Sequence record: PZ402301.1
From: a phage
Length of the DNA stretch: 64,000 nt
Reading direction: 5' to 3' (one strand)
The notes below the pieces were generated by a model. The model saw only the letters and a program-made list of their open reading frames with translations, was not told the origin of the DNA and did no database searches. The translations under genes and the position numbers were made by a program. Shown here in pieces: positions 1-9,202 of this stretch. How positions within the stretch are numbered: position 1 is the stretch's first letter; every line of letters begins with the position of its first letter.

Positions 1-242
1 TTCAAATACGCCGCAACCATAGTCAAAGACATATTTGATTTAAAGTGTTTAGAAGGACCTGCAAAAATAGTTAAACCAGACTGCATACCACCATCAATCG
101 CGCCAGAAATAGCGATATTAAGCATTGGGATTTTTGTACGGATTACATCCTTTTCATTAAAGAATTTAGATGTAGTCAGTTCAGCAGTCATTTTAGAAGT
201 GGAAGCTTTAATCAAACGGGATTTTAAATCTGCAATAGACAT
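1..242 (-). CDS. uvsX: UvsX recombinase (RecA-like), N-terminal part; CDS continues beyond window start
   Basis: Minus-strand translation from ATG at 240-242 reads MSIADLKSRLIKASTSK..., matching T4 UvsX N-terminus; lies downstream of gene 42 and the glucosyltransferase as in T-even phages. Confidence 0.85.
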   Translation of the reverse strand, partial: MSIADLKSRLIKASTSKMTAELTTSKFFNEKDVIRTKIPMLNIAISGAIDGGMQSGLTIFAGPSKHFKSNMSLTMVAAYL

Positions 243-319
243 TCATTTTTTCCATAGGCATCATTATATTTTCCTCACTGGTTAAAGATAGGGTAATTAT
301 AACACAATAAATTTAGGCA

Positions 320-1162
320 TTAATCAACTGCTATTGGATGAATAGCATTAAACTTATGAAACGCTTCTGATTTTTCTTTGCGCGAAACACACATGCGAAG
401 AACCTTTAATGGCTCGTCTTCTTCACCTAATGATTTTCGTTTTTCAATATTAGAAGTTTTCCAACGAGCTTGCTCTGGAAACTCTTTATTGATTTGCTCA
501 AGAGCTCTATTATGTTTTGAATTACTACGAATTGAACTACATCCGCCTGGAGCTTGTGCTTTTCCAGATACAACCAGATATTTGAACAAAGCCAAATGCG
601 GATAACCTTGATTAATTAAATTGAGAAATGCATACATATCTTCGCATAAATCAATTTTTCCATACCCAATTTGTTCTGTTGTAAGTTTTCCAAGGTCATA
701 CCAGGTATTCGTGAATCCATATGAATTTTCACGATAATTACCCCAAGATGAAGTAATTTTAAAAATAGGTAGACGAGCATGACCGTGATAATACCCACAA
801 TCCATGGCATCTTCAACGTATTGAATTAATTCATAGAACTGTTCACGGGTTAATTGATTAATTTTATCTACGCAGCGACGATCATCTTTCTTTCGCATTG
901 AACTCATACGAATAGTAGTATCATCGTCAATCATCCAAATTCGTTGACCTGCATACATATCAGTAATTGCTTTACGAGTACCAGCAATTCCATTGACATC
1001 ATCAGGAATAGTTATAATTTTAGCTCTAGACCCATAAGCGTCATAATAAGCTTTTTCTTCGTGTTCACGTACTACAATATGTGGTTCATACTCAGTCGGA
1101 AACATATCAAGGGCAGAAACTGCCCCTACGCGTTGATAGCTTGGAATTACGAATTGAATCAT
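320..1162 (-). CDS. DNA glucosyltransferase-like protein (GT-A type, DXD motif IDDDTTI); unlike T4 beta-gt, possibly T2/T6-type beta-glucosyl-HMC alpha-glucosyltransferase
   Basis: ORF 320..1168 (track start is GTG; ATG at 1160-1162 overlaps gene 42 stop as ATGA); occupies the beta-gt position between gene 42 and uvsX but does not resemble T4 beta-gt as I recall it. Confidence 0.5.
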   Translation of the reverse strand: MIQFVIPSYQRVGAVSALDMFPTEYEPHIVVREHEEKAYYDAYGSRAKIITIPDDVNGIAGTRKAITDMYAGQRIWMIDDDTTIRMSSMRKKDDRRCVDKINQLTREQFYELIQYVEDAMDCGYYHGHARLPIFKITSSWGNYRENSYGFTNTWYDLGKLTTEQIGYGKIDLCEDMYAFLNLINQGYPHLALFKYLVVSGKAQAPGGCSSIRSNSKHNRALEQINKEFPEQARWKTSNIEKRKSLGEEDEPLKVLRMCVSRKEKSEAFHKFNAIHPIAVD

Positions 1163-1899
1163 TTCCACTCACCGTTATAATCTTTTTTCGCAATATGAGT
1201 TTCGCCAGTTTTCCACCAATGGTCAACCAAATAAAAATGACGGGAATACACGTGAAGGCTCCCGACGTTCCATATAATGGAACCTGCTTTATACTGACGA
1301 GTTGAATCACCTGCATTCAAATCAGATACTAATTTATCTAGTACGTATTTTTGCCATGCATAATCATTACGGAATCCGAAGACCACGTCATTTGAACGCA
1401 TGCTTACTACTGCATTGACTTTCTTATCACGAATCAGATACTGTACTGTATTCGTACACATGAAATCTGACATGCCATCTTTATTGTAGTCAAACTGCAT
1501 GGATGGACGAGTATAAATCATGATACCACGTCGAGAATCAGGATTTTGACCAAGTTCAGCTAAACACATATCATATTGGGCATAGTTATCTTCTGACCAG
1601 ATGGCCCAACCATAATTCGAGTTAATTTCGCCTTTAGAAGATGCTACCTGCTGCCAAATCTTTGGTGTTTCACCTGGAATATCTTTAACAAACAAACTTT
1701 GAGACTTATACCATTCAAGTTCACGCTGAATGTATTCATCATTAAGAGCGCCAAAAATAAAAGGTTCATCTGCTACAAATGATGCACCAATAATTTCAAT
1801 AGTTTTAACACCGGTTTTATCAATTACGAAATCTTTTTCCTTTAATGCAAGACCCAAATCAAGACGGATTTCTTCAACTGTCATATAATCGTTAATCAT
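1159..1899 (-). CDS. 42: dCMP hydroxymethylase
   Basis: 246 aa, same length as T4 gp42; MTVEEIRL...VYSRHFYLVDHWWKTGETH matches T4 gp42. Confidence 0.95.
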   Translation of the reverse strand: MINDYMTVEEIRLDLGLALKEKDFVIDKTGVKTIEIIGASFVADEPFIFGALNDEYIQRELEWYKSQSLFVKDIPGETPKIWQQVASSKGEINSNYGWAIWSEDNYAQYDMCLAELGQNPDSRRGIMIYTRPSMQFDYNKDGMSDFMCTNTVQYLIRDKKVNAVVSMRSNDVVFGFRNDYAWQKYVLDKLVSDLNAGDSTRQYKAGSIIWNVGSLHVYSRHFYLVDHWWKTGETHIAKKDYNGEWK

Positions 1900-2052
1900 T
1901 TAAACCTCAATTGATGCATTCATATTTAACTTGTAACAGTAATAAACTCCACCCTATAATAAGCGTTGGAATCATACAAGGAACTGTTACGCTATAGTAT
2001 ATACTTATTATAATCATCAAGATTAAAAGCAATACTGCTAAAATTTTGCTTT

Positions 2053-2304
2053 TCATTCCTTCTCTCTGATGATAATTACTTGATTTTGCTGTACAGATTT
2101 TTTAGTTTCACCTGCAATTGACCAAATAAAGGTAATAAACCAACCAATAATTGACCAGTTAAACAGTAAAGACGTGAAAAAGATTCCTACTGTCGATTTT
2201 GACCCACGCATCAAGGCGATGAACCACGGAAGCATGTATATAATAATAGCCAACACGCCTGAAACTAAAACCATAAAAATTGAACCTGCTACTAAAGTTT
2301 CCAT
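2053..2304 (-). CDS. imm: Immunity (superinfection exclusion) membrane protein
   Basis: 83 aa, two hydrophobic helices, located between genes 42 and 43 as T4 imm (83 aa). Confidence 0.7.
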   Translation of the reverse strand: METLVAGSIFMVLVSGVLAIIIYMLPWFIALMRGSKSTVGIFFTSLLFNWSIIGWFITFIWSIAGETKKSVQQNQVIIIREKE

Positions 2305-2311
2305 GTTTTCC

Positions 2312-2692
2312 TCACTTAGTCAAATTTTTTACACATGAATTATAAGAATTCACTACATACTCCATCGGAGCATTTTTACCAGTACGCCATTGGTAATTAT
2401 TAGCCCAATTAGCCCAAAGTTCAGCACAGTAATTTTCAATTTTTTCTTCACGCGTAATCACATCTGAATTACGATATGCTTGTGCAGATTCATCTGGACG
2501 AATAGCTTCGTCAAAATTCGCCTGCATTTGTTCTACTGTCTGTTTTGGAGCCTCTTTATAACACTTGACGTTAGGATTATAAAATTTGCTTGAACAGTTT
2601 ACAATTTTTCCTACATCAGACTGATTTACTACTGGTCCTTGAGCTACACAACCAGTAAGACCCAATGCAATAACCAAAATAGCGATTTTCAT
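2312..2692 (-). CDS. Putative lipoprotein (signal peptide MKIAILVIALGLTGC with lipobox); imm.1 position
   Basis: ATG at 2690-2692 follows an early promoter; track ORF 2312..2881 extends upstream through the promoter so the internal start is preferred. Confidence 0.5.
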   Translation of the reverse strand: MKIAILVIALGLTGCVAQGPVVNQSDVGKIVNCSSKFYNPNVKCYKEAPKQTVEQMQANFDEAIRPDESAQAYRNSDVITREEKIENYCAELWANWANNYQWRTGKNAPMEYVVNSYNSCVKNLTK

Positions 2693-2715
2693 TTCATTCT
2701 CCAAATCCGCATCAG

Positions 2716-2780
2716 TTGATAGTTGTATAGTACCACAAAGGAACCGGGATGTAAACAGTTTTGTGAAAAAATTTTTAATG
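2716..2780 (-). promoter_or_regulatory. T4-type early promoter (sigma70: -35 GTTTACA, 17-nt spacer, -10 TACTAT, A/T-rich UP element)
   Basis: Reverse complement reads aaaaattttttcacaaaactGTTTACAtcccggttcctttgtggTACTATacaact; same motif recurs through the early region. Confidence 0.6.
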
Positions 2781-2835
2781 AATTCCAGATGCCCAGAATC
2801 ATCTATTTTTCCTAAGTATAGATTTATATTACTTG

Positions 2836-2851
2836 TATGAAAAAGGGACCC
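2836..2851 (-). terminator. Intrinsic terminator-like hairpin after gene 43
   Basis: gggacc-cgga-ggtccc; on the minus transcript followed by UUUUU. Confidence 0.6.
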
Positions 2852-2873
2852 GGAGGTCCCTAGATTTATTCTA

Positions 2874-5570
2874 TCAGCCAAACAAGAAGTCTAACGAAGC
2901 TTTTTCCTCATAGTCCATACCTGCCGATTCACACATGCCCGCAAGCGGTTTAACAAACGATTTTTGGAACAAAGTTGAGTAGTCAATCCAAGACAGTACA
3001 TCAGAACGAATTTCTTTTGGAAGTTCCGTACCCGACGGCCAAGCAATGCACTTGTCACCAAATGGATTTCCCTCACGTAATGGAAGAACCATTACCTTAT
3101 TTCCATCCAAAATTGGAGCTACACCTAAACCACTAACAGCTCGACGATAAGTTAGCACCCCACGAATGTGGAACGGGCATTTAAATCCTGGCCAACCTTT
3201 ATCGTCATATTTCGCTATATCGTTCGCGGTTTTTACTTCAGCAATAACTTTATAGTCAAGTTGACGATATTCTTTCTCAAAGTTCTTGTAGTATTCTTGG
3301 ACAGACTCTTCGCCTTCCTGAAGAATACGACGAATACTTTCTTCGAGAGCTTCTTGTACTGCTTTTGGTGTTGAACTCTGCTGAGTTTCCATACCCATGA
3401 TTTTTAGATGCGGTTCAGCAAATCGTTTATCTTCCATATCATAAACGTTCAGAGCATAACGTTTTTTCGCTTTCCAAAATCCACCAACACCCTTTGAACC
3501 AAGTGGAGGGCAAGAAATAGCTTCACGGTCCATATGCATCAGATGCTCGCGGTTATTCATATAATCACATAACTCACGATATGCAACATCAATCATAGGT
3601 TCCATCTTTTTCTTACCAAACTGATTCATAAATTCAACTAAATCATTTTGTTCTTTAAAGCGGTCAAGACCTACTTTTTCAATAACTTTATCTACACAAA
3701 CATATACCGAATCAGTATCACCCGCTGCGATGAAATCTTCACCATCAGTTCCACACACTTTATTCAGATATTCATTAATTTTACGAGCAATCCACTGAAT
3801 ACCAACTTGACCAAAAATTGTGATAGCAGTAGCATTTCGCAAATCATAATAGCGGAAATGAATATTACCAAGAGCACCATAAAGACTGTTGATAAGAATT
3901 TTACGGTTCAGCTGATTTGTGTTAGCAAGTGTAGCTGCTTTTTCACATTCTTCGATCAGACTATTAAGAACAGATTCAGTGTAATTCGATAATTCGTTTA
4001 AGAAATCATCATTGAATTTAACATATCGTTCAACTTCTGGTTTAGTTGAACAAGACCCTGCACCTTTCATAATAATCTTTTTAATAGCTTCGGCATTCAT
4101 TTCTTCAGCGAACATTTTCTTTTTCCAATCTTTACGTTGGAAAAATACTTTAGCGATTTCCTTTGGAATGATACCTTCTTGATGCTTATCATACATCCAT
4201 CCATTAGGAGAACAAGAATATTCATCACTTGGCTTAGGAGCTGTTCCTGCGATATATTCATGAATTGGATGAACTTTAAACTGCCCACGAATAGTCTCAG
4301 GACTAATGTTAACCTGACGAATAATGCTAGGATACAGAGACGTCAAGTCAAAACTCATAATGTATCGACGAGCAATCGGTTTAGGTTCAAATACAAATGC
4401 ACCTGGAAAACTCTGTTTAACGTGCGAACCTTGTTGAGGAATAACCTTATGTTCGCCTTTCAGTGAGTTAAAAATAATAGCGTCCCAAGTTTTAATAGGA
4501 CTCATTACACCAGAAAAAGGCATTTTAGCGTAATAAGACATACTTAAAACTAGATCAATAAACCCACGAATTTTATCAATTGCTTGAACTGATTCTACGT
4601 CAATGATGTTATAACTAATGTATCGTTGATGATTAGTCTCACGAAGTTTATTAATAGGACCATCGTACGGCAATTTACCTTTTTTGGTTTCGTGCTGAGC
4701 AACTGATTCCAAAGAGAATGATGGCAAATTAGTAAATGCGAATTTTTTGTACAAATCTAAATAATCAAGAATAGATACGCCATCAATAGAATAAATTTCT
4801 TTGCTACCGTACATATTTTGAATTAGTTTAGATTTTACTCGACCGATTGGAGAGAAGCGTTTCATACTACGTTCACCGAGAACCATTTTAACACGATTCA
4901 TGATATACGGAACGTCAAATCCCTCAATATTCCAACCGGTAAAAATAGCAGGTCGTTTCTGTTCCCAGAGATTAATATATTCCATGAGCATATCGCGCTC
5001 ATTATCAAATGGCATATAAATTACTCGGTCAAGAATTTCTTGAGGAACTTCATCACCACCTTCACAGTCAAGCTTAGCAGCTAACTTTGCATCCCATTTT
5101 GATACTGAACCGTACATTGAATTCAACAAATCAAAGACGTAAAAACGGTCGTCAATTGAATCATAATGAGTGATAGCATCAATTTCATATTCTGCTTTCA
5201 TTGGGTCAGGAAATTTATCACCAGTAACCTCAATGTCACAGTTAGCTACACGAACAAATTTTCGGTCATAAACAATTTCTGAACCATATGTATCACTGAT
5301 ATAAGCGAGTTTAAAATCGTTCATACCAAGAGCTTCGAGACCGATGTCTTCCATTCGCTTCATCCAGTCTCGTGCATCTTTCATTGATGGAAATTTTTGA
5401 GGAGCGCAATTTTTACCGTAAATGTCTTTGTACTTTGACTCTTCCTTACAATGCCTAAACATAGTCGGAAGATATTCTACTTCACGAGTACGTTCCTTTC
5501 CGTTTTCATCAATATAACGCTCAACAATATTATTTCCGACTGTTTCGATAGAGATATAAAATTCTTTCAT
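2874..5570 (-). CDS. 43: DNA polymerase (family B) with 3'-5' exonuclease
   Basis: 898 aa, MKEFYISIETVGNNIVERYIDENGKERTREVEY... matches T4 gp43 sequence and length. Confidence 0.97.
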   Translation of the reverse strand: MKEFYISIETVGNNIVERYIDENGKERTREVEYLPTMFRHCKEESKYKDIYGKNCAPQKFPSMKDARDWMKRMEDIGLEALGMNDFKLAYISDTYGSEIVYDRKFVRVANCDIEVTGDKFPDPMKAEYEIDAITHYDSIDDRFYVFDLLNSMYGSVSKWDAKLAAKLDCEGGDEVPQEILDRVIYMPFDNERDMLMEYINLWEQKRPAIFTGWNIEGFDVPYIMNRVKMVLGERSMKRFSPIGRVKSKLIQNMYGSKEIYSIDGVSILDYLDLYKKFAFTNLPSFSLESVAQHETKKGKLPYDGPINKLRETNHQRYISYNIIDVESVQAIDKIRGFIDLVLSMSYYAKMPFSGVMSPIKTWDAIIFNSLKGEHKVIPQQGSHVKQSFPGAFVFEPKPIARRYIMSFDLTSLYPSIIRQVNISPETIRGQFKVHPIHEYIAGTAPKPSDEYSCSPNGWMYDKHQEGIIPKEIAKVFFQRKDWKKKMFAEEMNAEAIKKIIMKGAGSCSTKPEVERYVKFNDDFLNELSNYTESVLNSLIEECEKAATLANTNQLNRKILINSLYGALGNIHFRYYDLRNATAITIFGQVGIQWIARKINEYLNKVCGTDGEDFIAAGDTDSVYVCVDKVIEKVGLDRFKEQNDLVEFMNQFGKKKMEPMIDVAYRELCDYMNNREHLMHMDREAISCPPLGSKGVGGFWKAKKRYALNVYDMEDKRFAEPHLKIMGMETQQSSTPKAVQEALEESIRRILQEGEESVQEYYKNFEKEYRQLDYKVIAEVKTANDIAKYDDKGWPGFKCPFHIRGVLTYRRAVSGLGVAPILDGNKVMVLPLREGNPFGDKCIAWPSGTELPKEIRSDVLSWIDYSTLFQKSFVKPLAGMCESAGMDYEEKASLDFLFG

Positions 5571-5628
5571 AGATATTCCTTAGTTTATAGCCCGAGTTAT
5601 TAGGCTCTTGATATATTATACTCCAAAT

Positions 5629-5646
5629 AAGGGGCCGAAGCCCCTT
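5629..5646 (-). terminator. GC-rich stem-loop (UUCG-type tetraloop on the transcript)
   Basis: aaggggccgaagcccctt. Confidence 0.5.
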
Positions 5647-5648
5647 GC

Positions 5649-5870
5649 TTAAATTAATACCATTTGTCGGTGAAAAATTGTCAATCCATCTGCATTAATT
5701 GACTTAACCACTGCGGTAAAGTGTTTTTGTTCTGGGTGAACTAATTTTTGAAATTCTACCTGAAATTTTAGTTGGAGATTTTCTGGTAAATCAAAAAGTG
5801 TTTCTGTTGCAGAAAGATTATATTTTTCTTTAAGAGACGCCATGTATTCTTGTGGGGTTATAGCAGTCAT
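5649..5870 (-). CDS. Hypothetical small protein between regA and gene 43
   Basis: ORF 5649..5912; internal ATG at 5868-5870 sits 1 nt after regA stop; followed by hairpin 5629-5646; no recognised homolog. Confidence 0.3.
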   Translation of the reverse strand: MTAITPQEYMASLKEKYNLSATETLFDLPENLQLKFQVEFQKLVHPEQKHFTAVVKSINADGLTIFHRQMVLI

Positions 5871-5871
5871 A

Positions 5872-6240
5872 TTAATTACCAATCGTATATTTTGGAACGA
5901 GTTTCCATTCATGTTTTTGTTTAAAAGAAATAACTCGGAAGTTATTGGTTAAATCTTTCATAAAAGTTCTTTGACCAGGAACGATTTCAATCAGTCCCCA
6001 ATCTTCTAACAGCCATGCAATCGAATCACGACGAACTTCATCTTCTTCTGTCATTTCAACCTGGCGACCATCCATACGAAGCATTTCTTTAAAATGAACG
6101 ATATAGTATAGTCCTTTTTTCTGAAGAATATGACAGGACTGATACAGAACTTTATCTTTATTATTAGCAATTCCCATGCGAGTCAAAGTTTCTTTTACTT
6201 TCAGAAAATCTTCAGGTTTTTTAAGAGTAATTTCAATCAT
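5872..6240 (-). CDS. regA: Translational repressor RegA
   Basis: 122 aa, MIEITLKKPEDFLKVKETLTRMGIANNKDKVLYQSCHILQKKGLYYIVHFKEM... matches T4 RegA. Confidence 0.93.
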   Translation of the reverse strand: MIEITLKKPEDFLKVKETLTRMGIANNKDKVLYQSCHILQKKGLYYIVHFKEMLRMDGRQVEMTEEDEVRRDSIAWLLEDWGLIEIVPGQRTFMKDLTNNFRVISFKQKHEWKLVPKYTIGN

Positions 6241-6241
6241 T

Positions 6242-6805
6242 TTACCATTCCACTGCTAGTTTTTTGAGTTGTTTCTGTTCTTTTACGTTCTTAGTCACTT
6301 CTTTCAAAAAATCATCCGTGACTAAACCTTTTAGTTCTTTTAATACTAAAGGAAGTTTTCCATTTTTAGTAAGAATTGATTTATAGTTAATTGCATCATT
6401 TGTATTAACTTGATACCGCTTAGCAAGTAACTTAATAATCAATACTTCGGTAGAATCTTCAACCAGTTTTGCCCATTTACCGTATCTTTTACCCCGAGGA
6501 ACAGCAGCCATCAGATAATTAAAATGGGCTTCATCGCTTAAACCTGATCCAATTAAATTCATAGCATATACAGCTGGCATGCACTCAGGAAATTGTGATA
6601 ATGCATTCTCAACCATGTATTTTGAATAATCTTTTTGAGTAATAGAGCATTTAGTTTTATTATTAATAGCTCCAATTATTTCAAAAAACTCATTTTCGGC
6701 TTTTTCTTTAAAAGAATCAGCAGCAGATTGGACAGCTGTCCAATCTTTTGAATACCAAGCAACTTGATGCTCGTTTAATTGAATATCATCTTCAAATAAG
6801 CTCAT
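6242..6805 (-). CDS. 62: Clamp loader small subunit
   Basis: 187 aa as T4 gp62; immediately upstream of regA in the 45-44-62-regA operon order. Confidence 0.93.
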   Translation of the reverse strand: MSLFEDDIQLNEHQVAWYSKDWTAVQSAADSFKEKAENEFFEIIGAINNKTKCSITQKDYSKYMVENALSQFPECMPAVYAMNLIGSGLSDEAHFNYLMAAVPRGKRYGKWAKLVEDSTEVLIIKLLAKRYQVNTNDAINYKSILTKNGKLPLVLKELKGLVTDDFLKEVTKNVKEQKQLKKLAVEW

Positions 6806-6806
6806 A

Positions 6807-7766
6807 TCACTTCCACTGCATTTCGCATGCCAATTGAATGAAAAGATATGCTAAATGTAATTCCGTATTAGCCGCAATTCCGTGATACTGGTTATTTTCA
6901 CCAACAATTTCATACATACGAATAATACTTTGTGGAGTTACGCGTGTATAGATTTCTTCGGCAAGTTTACCAACGAACCACGAATAATCAGCCGCATATT
7001 TTGGTGCTAAAGCTCTGAGCTGTTTAACATCTTTATTTTTGAGAGATTCAAGAACATCATCAATAGCACCACGATCGTTAGTAACCAGTGATAAAATACC
7101 AGCATCCAAAACACCTTTAGACGAATAACTATCGAGCTCACCAATAGTTTTACGAAAATCAGGAAAATTCTTTTTAACCAAAGCTGCTACAACTTTCATA
7201 TCAGCTATAGCAATTCCTTCATGCTTACAGATTTCAGTCAATCGACGAATCATCTGCTTCATCATTTCAATTTTATCTTCATCGGTCGGTTGACCGAACG
7301 TAATAACTCGGCAGCGTGACTGAAGCGGTTTAATAATACCATCAATATTGTTAGCAGTAATAATAATACTACAGTTTGAACTATAAGCTTCCATAAAGGA
7401 ACGAAGATGTCGCTGAGACTCTGCTAACCCTGAACGGTCAAATTCATCAATAACGATTACTTTTTGACGACCATCAAATGAAGCTGCACTAGCAAAATTA
7501 GTCAAAGGACCGCGAACGAAATCAATTTTACAATCTGACCCATTCACAAACATCATATCAGCATTTACATCATGACACAATGCTTTTGCTACGGTTGTTT
7601 TACCTGTTCCTGGAGAAGGAGAATGAAGAATAATATGTGGAATCTTACCTTTACTTGTAATAGATTTAAAGGTTTCTTTATCAAAGGCGGGAAGAATACA
7701 TTCATCGATAGTAGATGGACGATATTTCTGTTCAAGAATGTGTTCTTTTTCATTTACAGTAATCAT
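6807..7766 (-). CDS. 44: Clamp loader large subunit (AAA+ ATPase)
   Basis: Walker [11 protein letters not shown]; start moved to ATG 7764-7766 ([27 protein letters not shown]) giving 319 aa as T4 gp44; track start is TTG. Confidence 0.95.
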   Translation of the reverse strand: MITVNEKEHILEQKYRPSTIDECILPAFDKETFKSITSKGKIPHIILHSPSPGTGKTTVAKALCHDVNADMMFVNGSDCKIDFVRGPLTNFASAASFDGRQKVIVIDEFDRSGLAESQRHLRSFMEAYSSNCSIIITANNIDGIIKPLQSRCRVITFGQPTDEDKIEMMKQMIRRLTEICKHEGIAIADMKVVAALVKKNFPDFRKTIGELDSYSSKGVLDAGILSLVTNDRGAIDDVLESLKNKDVKQLRALAPKYAADYSWFVGKLAEEIYTRVTPQSIIRMYEIVGENNQYHGIAANTELHLAYLFIQLACEMQWK

Positions 7767-7798
7767 AATTTCCTCATTCAAGTTTTAGTGTAAATTAT

Positions 7799-7815
7799 AA
7801 AGGGCCGAAGCCCTT
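7799..7815 (-). terminator. GC-rich stem-loop downstream of gene 44
   Basis: aagggccgaagcccttt; transcript hairpin with UUCG loop followed by U/A-rich tract. Confidence 0.5.
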
Positions 7816-7817
7816 TA

Positions 7818-8504
7818 TTAAAAGTCGTGGGTAGAATCAGCTTCAAGAGCTACTACATAATTCGCGTGTTCACCTTCAAATTTAGCAGCACCTTGTTTAC
7901 CTTTTGCCCAGAGCAGAAGTTTATAATTTCCTGGTTGCATTTTCATATTTGCCATATTGATAATGAAATTAAATGTATTTTCACCATCATAATCACCAAG
8001 AGTCAAAGAATATTTAACACGGGTCAAAGCAGAATCTTCTACTTTATTAAAACCGTTAATTACGATTTTACCTTCTTTTACTGTGATAGCAATTGTATCA
8101 ATCTGCAGACCGCGAGATACACGCAACAGCTGTTGAAGGTCTTCAGCTTTAATTTCAGTAACAACAGATGCTACCGGGAATGGAATTGGTTTATTAGGAG
8201 CAACTACTGTACTCGGATCAGCTGCTGGCCAAAAAATTGTTGAACGGGCATCAGCAATTTTAATATTTCCATCTTCTGACTGGGAAATTTCTGCATCGTC
8301 ATTAACTAGAGACAGAATACCGAGAAAACCGTTCAAATCGTAAATCGCTACATCAAAATCAATAGTGTCAGAAATATTTGCTTCTGCATAAGTTGTACCA
8401 TTAACCGCGCGAGTCATAATAAATTGACCGGATTTAAGCATAATACCAGAGTTAATAGTAGCGAAATTTTTGAGCAGAGCAGTGGTATCTTTAGACAGTT
8501 TCAT
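7818..8504 (-). CDS. 45: Sliding clamp
   Basis: 228 aa, MKLSKDTTALLKNFATINSGIMLKSGQFIMTRAVNGTTYAEANISD... matches T4 gp45. Confidence 0.95.
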   Translation of the reverse strand: MKLSKDTTALLKNFATINSGIMLKSGQFIMTRAVNGTTYAEANISDTIDFDVAIYDLNGFLGILSLVNDDAEISQSEDGNIKIADARSTIFWPAADPSTVVAPNKPIPFPVASVVTEIKAEDLQQLLRVSRGLQIDTIAITVKEGKIVINGFNKVEDSALTRVKYSLTLGDYDGENTFNFIINMANMKMQPGNYKLLLWAKGKQGAAKFEGEHANYVVALEADSTHDF

Positions 8505-8559
8505 GTAATTTCCTTCAATTCAAATGAGATTTAATTTTATAACTAATTTAATAAAGCAA

Positions 8560-8949
8560 TTAACGATTAAAATCAGCAGCAATTGTTTCCGCAACAATTT
8601 GAGCAGCGACAATTAGGCGTTCATCTGCATTACCGCAATAATCATCTTCAAGGCGTTCACCGCATGAAGTCATAATAAATTTAGCACCAGCATTTAGAGA
8701 TTCTGCAGTATGTTTGCGCATTAGTTCAATCCATTTATCACTCACTTCACGATCGATAGCTTCATAATACGCATGACGAGCAGGTGCAGATTTAATTTTG
8801 TTCTGAATAACTTCCATTGCGTTATCAGAAAGAGACAAAACCCATGCTCGACGAATTTTATTTTGGTTTTGTGGATTTGATTCAGAACGCACGTGTTTTG
8901 GCTGAATATCTTTTACATCAACAGTATAATTCACAGTAATTTTAGTCAT
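8560..8949 (-). CDS. rpbA: RNA polymerase binding protein RpbA
   Basis: 129 aa ORF in the T4 rpbA position between genes 45 and 46. Confidence 0.75.
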   Translation of the reverse strand: MTKITVNYTVDVKDIQPKHVRSESNPQNQNKIRRAWVLSLSDNAMEVIQNKIKSAPARHAYYEAIDREVSDKWIELMRKHTAESLNAGAKFIMTSCGERLEDDYCGNADERLIVAAQIVAETIAADFNR

Positions 8950-8958
8950 AATACACCT

Positions 8959-9147
8959 TTAGTCATAATAATCAGTAACAGTCCAAGCTTCATTTCTGTT
9001 GGACATTATTTTCGTATATTCTGATTTAAATGCATTCTTAAGCATAGATTCAGTAACTATATGCTCTTCATTAGAAAAATTATTTCTCAGAATATATCGT
9101 TTTATTTCAGGAATAGTTAATAGATGCTGTCCAGTTGAATATTCCAT
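8959..9147 (-). CDS. Hypothetical protein (45.2 position)
   Basis: 62 aa ORF between rpbA and gene 46. Confidence 0.5.
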   Translation of the reverse strand: MEYSTGQHLLTIPEIKRYILRNNFSNEEHIVTESMLKNAFKSEYTKIMSNRNEAWTVTDYYD

Positions 9148-9202
9148 GTTTTTCCTCCATAGAGATTATACTCTAATAAATTAAAGCATAATCTCTTATA
9201 AA

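Noticed and set aside
3168-4466. Plus-strand ORFs (3168..3374, 3648..3992, 4137..4466) inside the gene 43 region
   Set aside because: Antisense to the well-supported DNA polymerase gene; low-complexity translations and no promoter or SD context. Treated as shadow ORFs.
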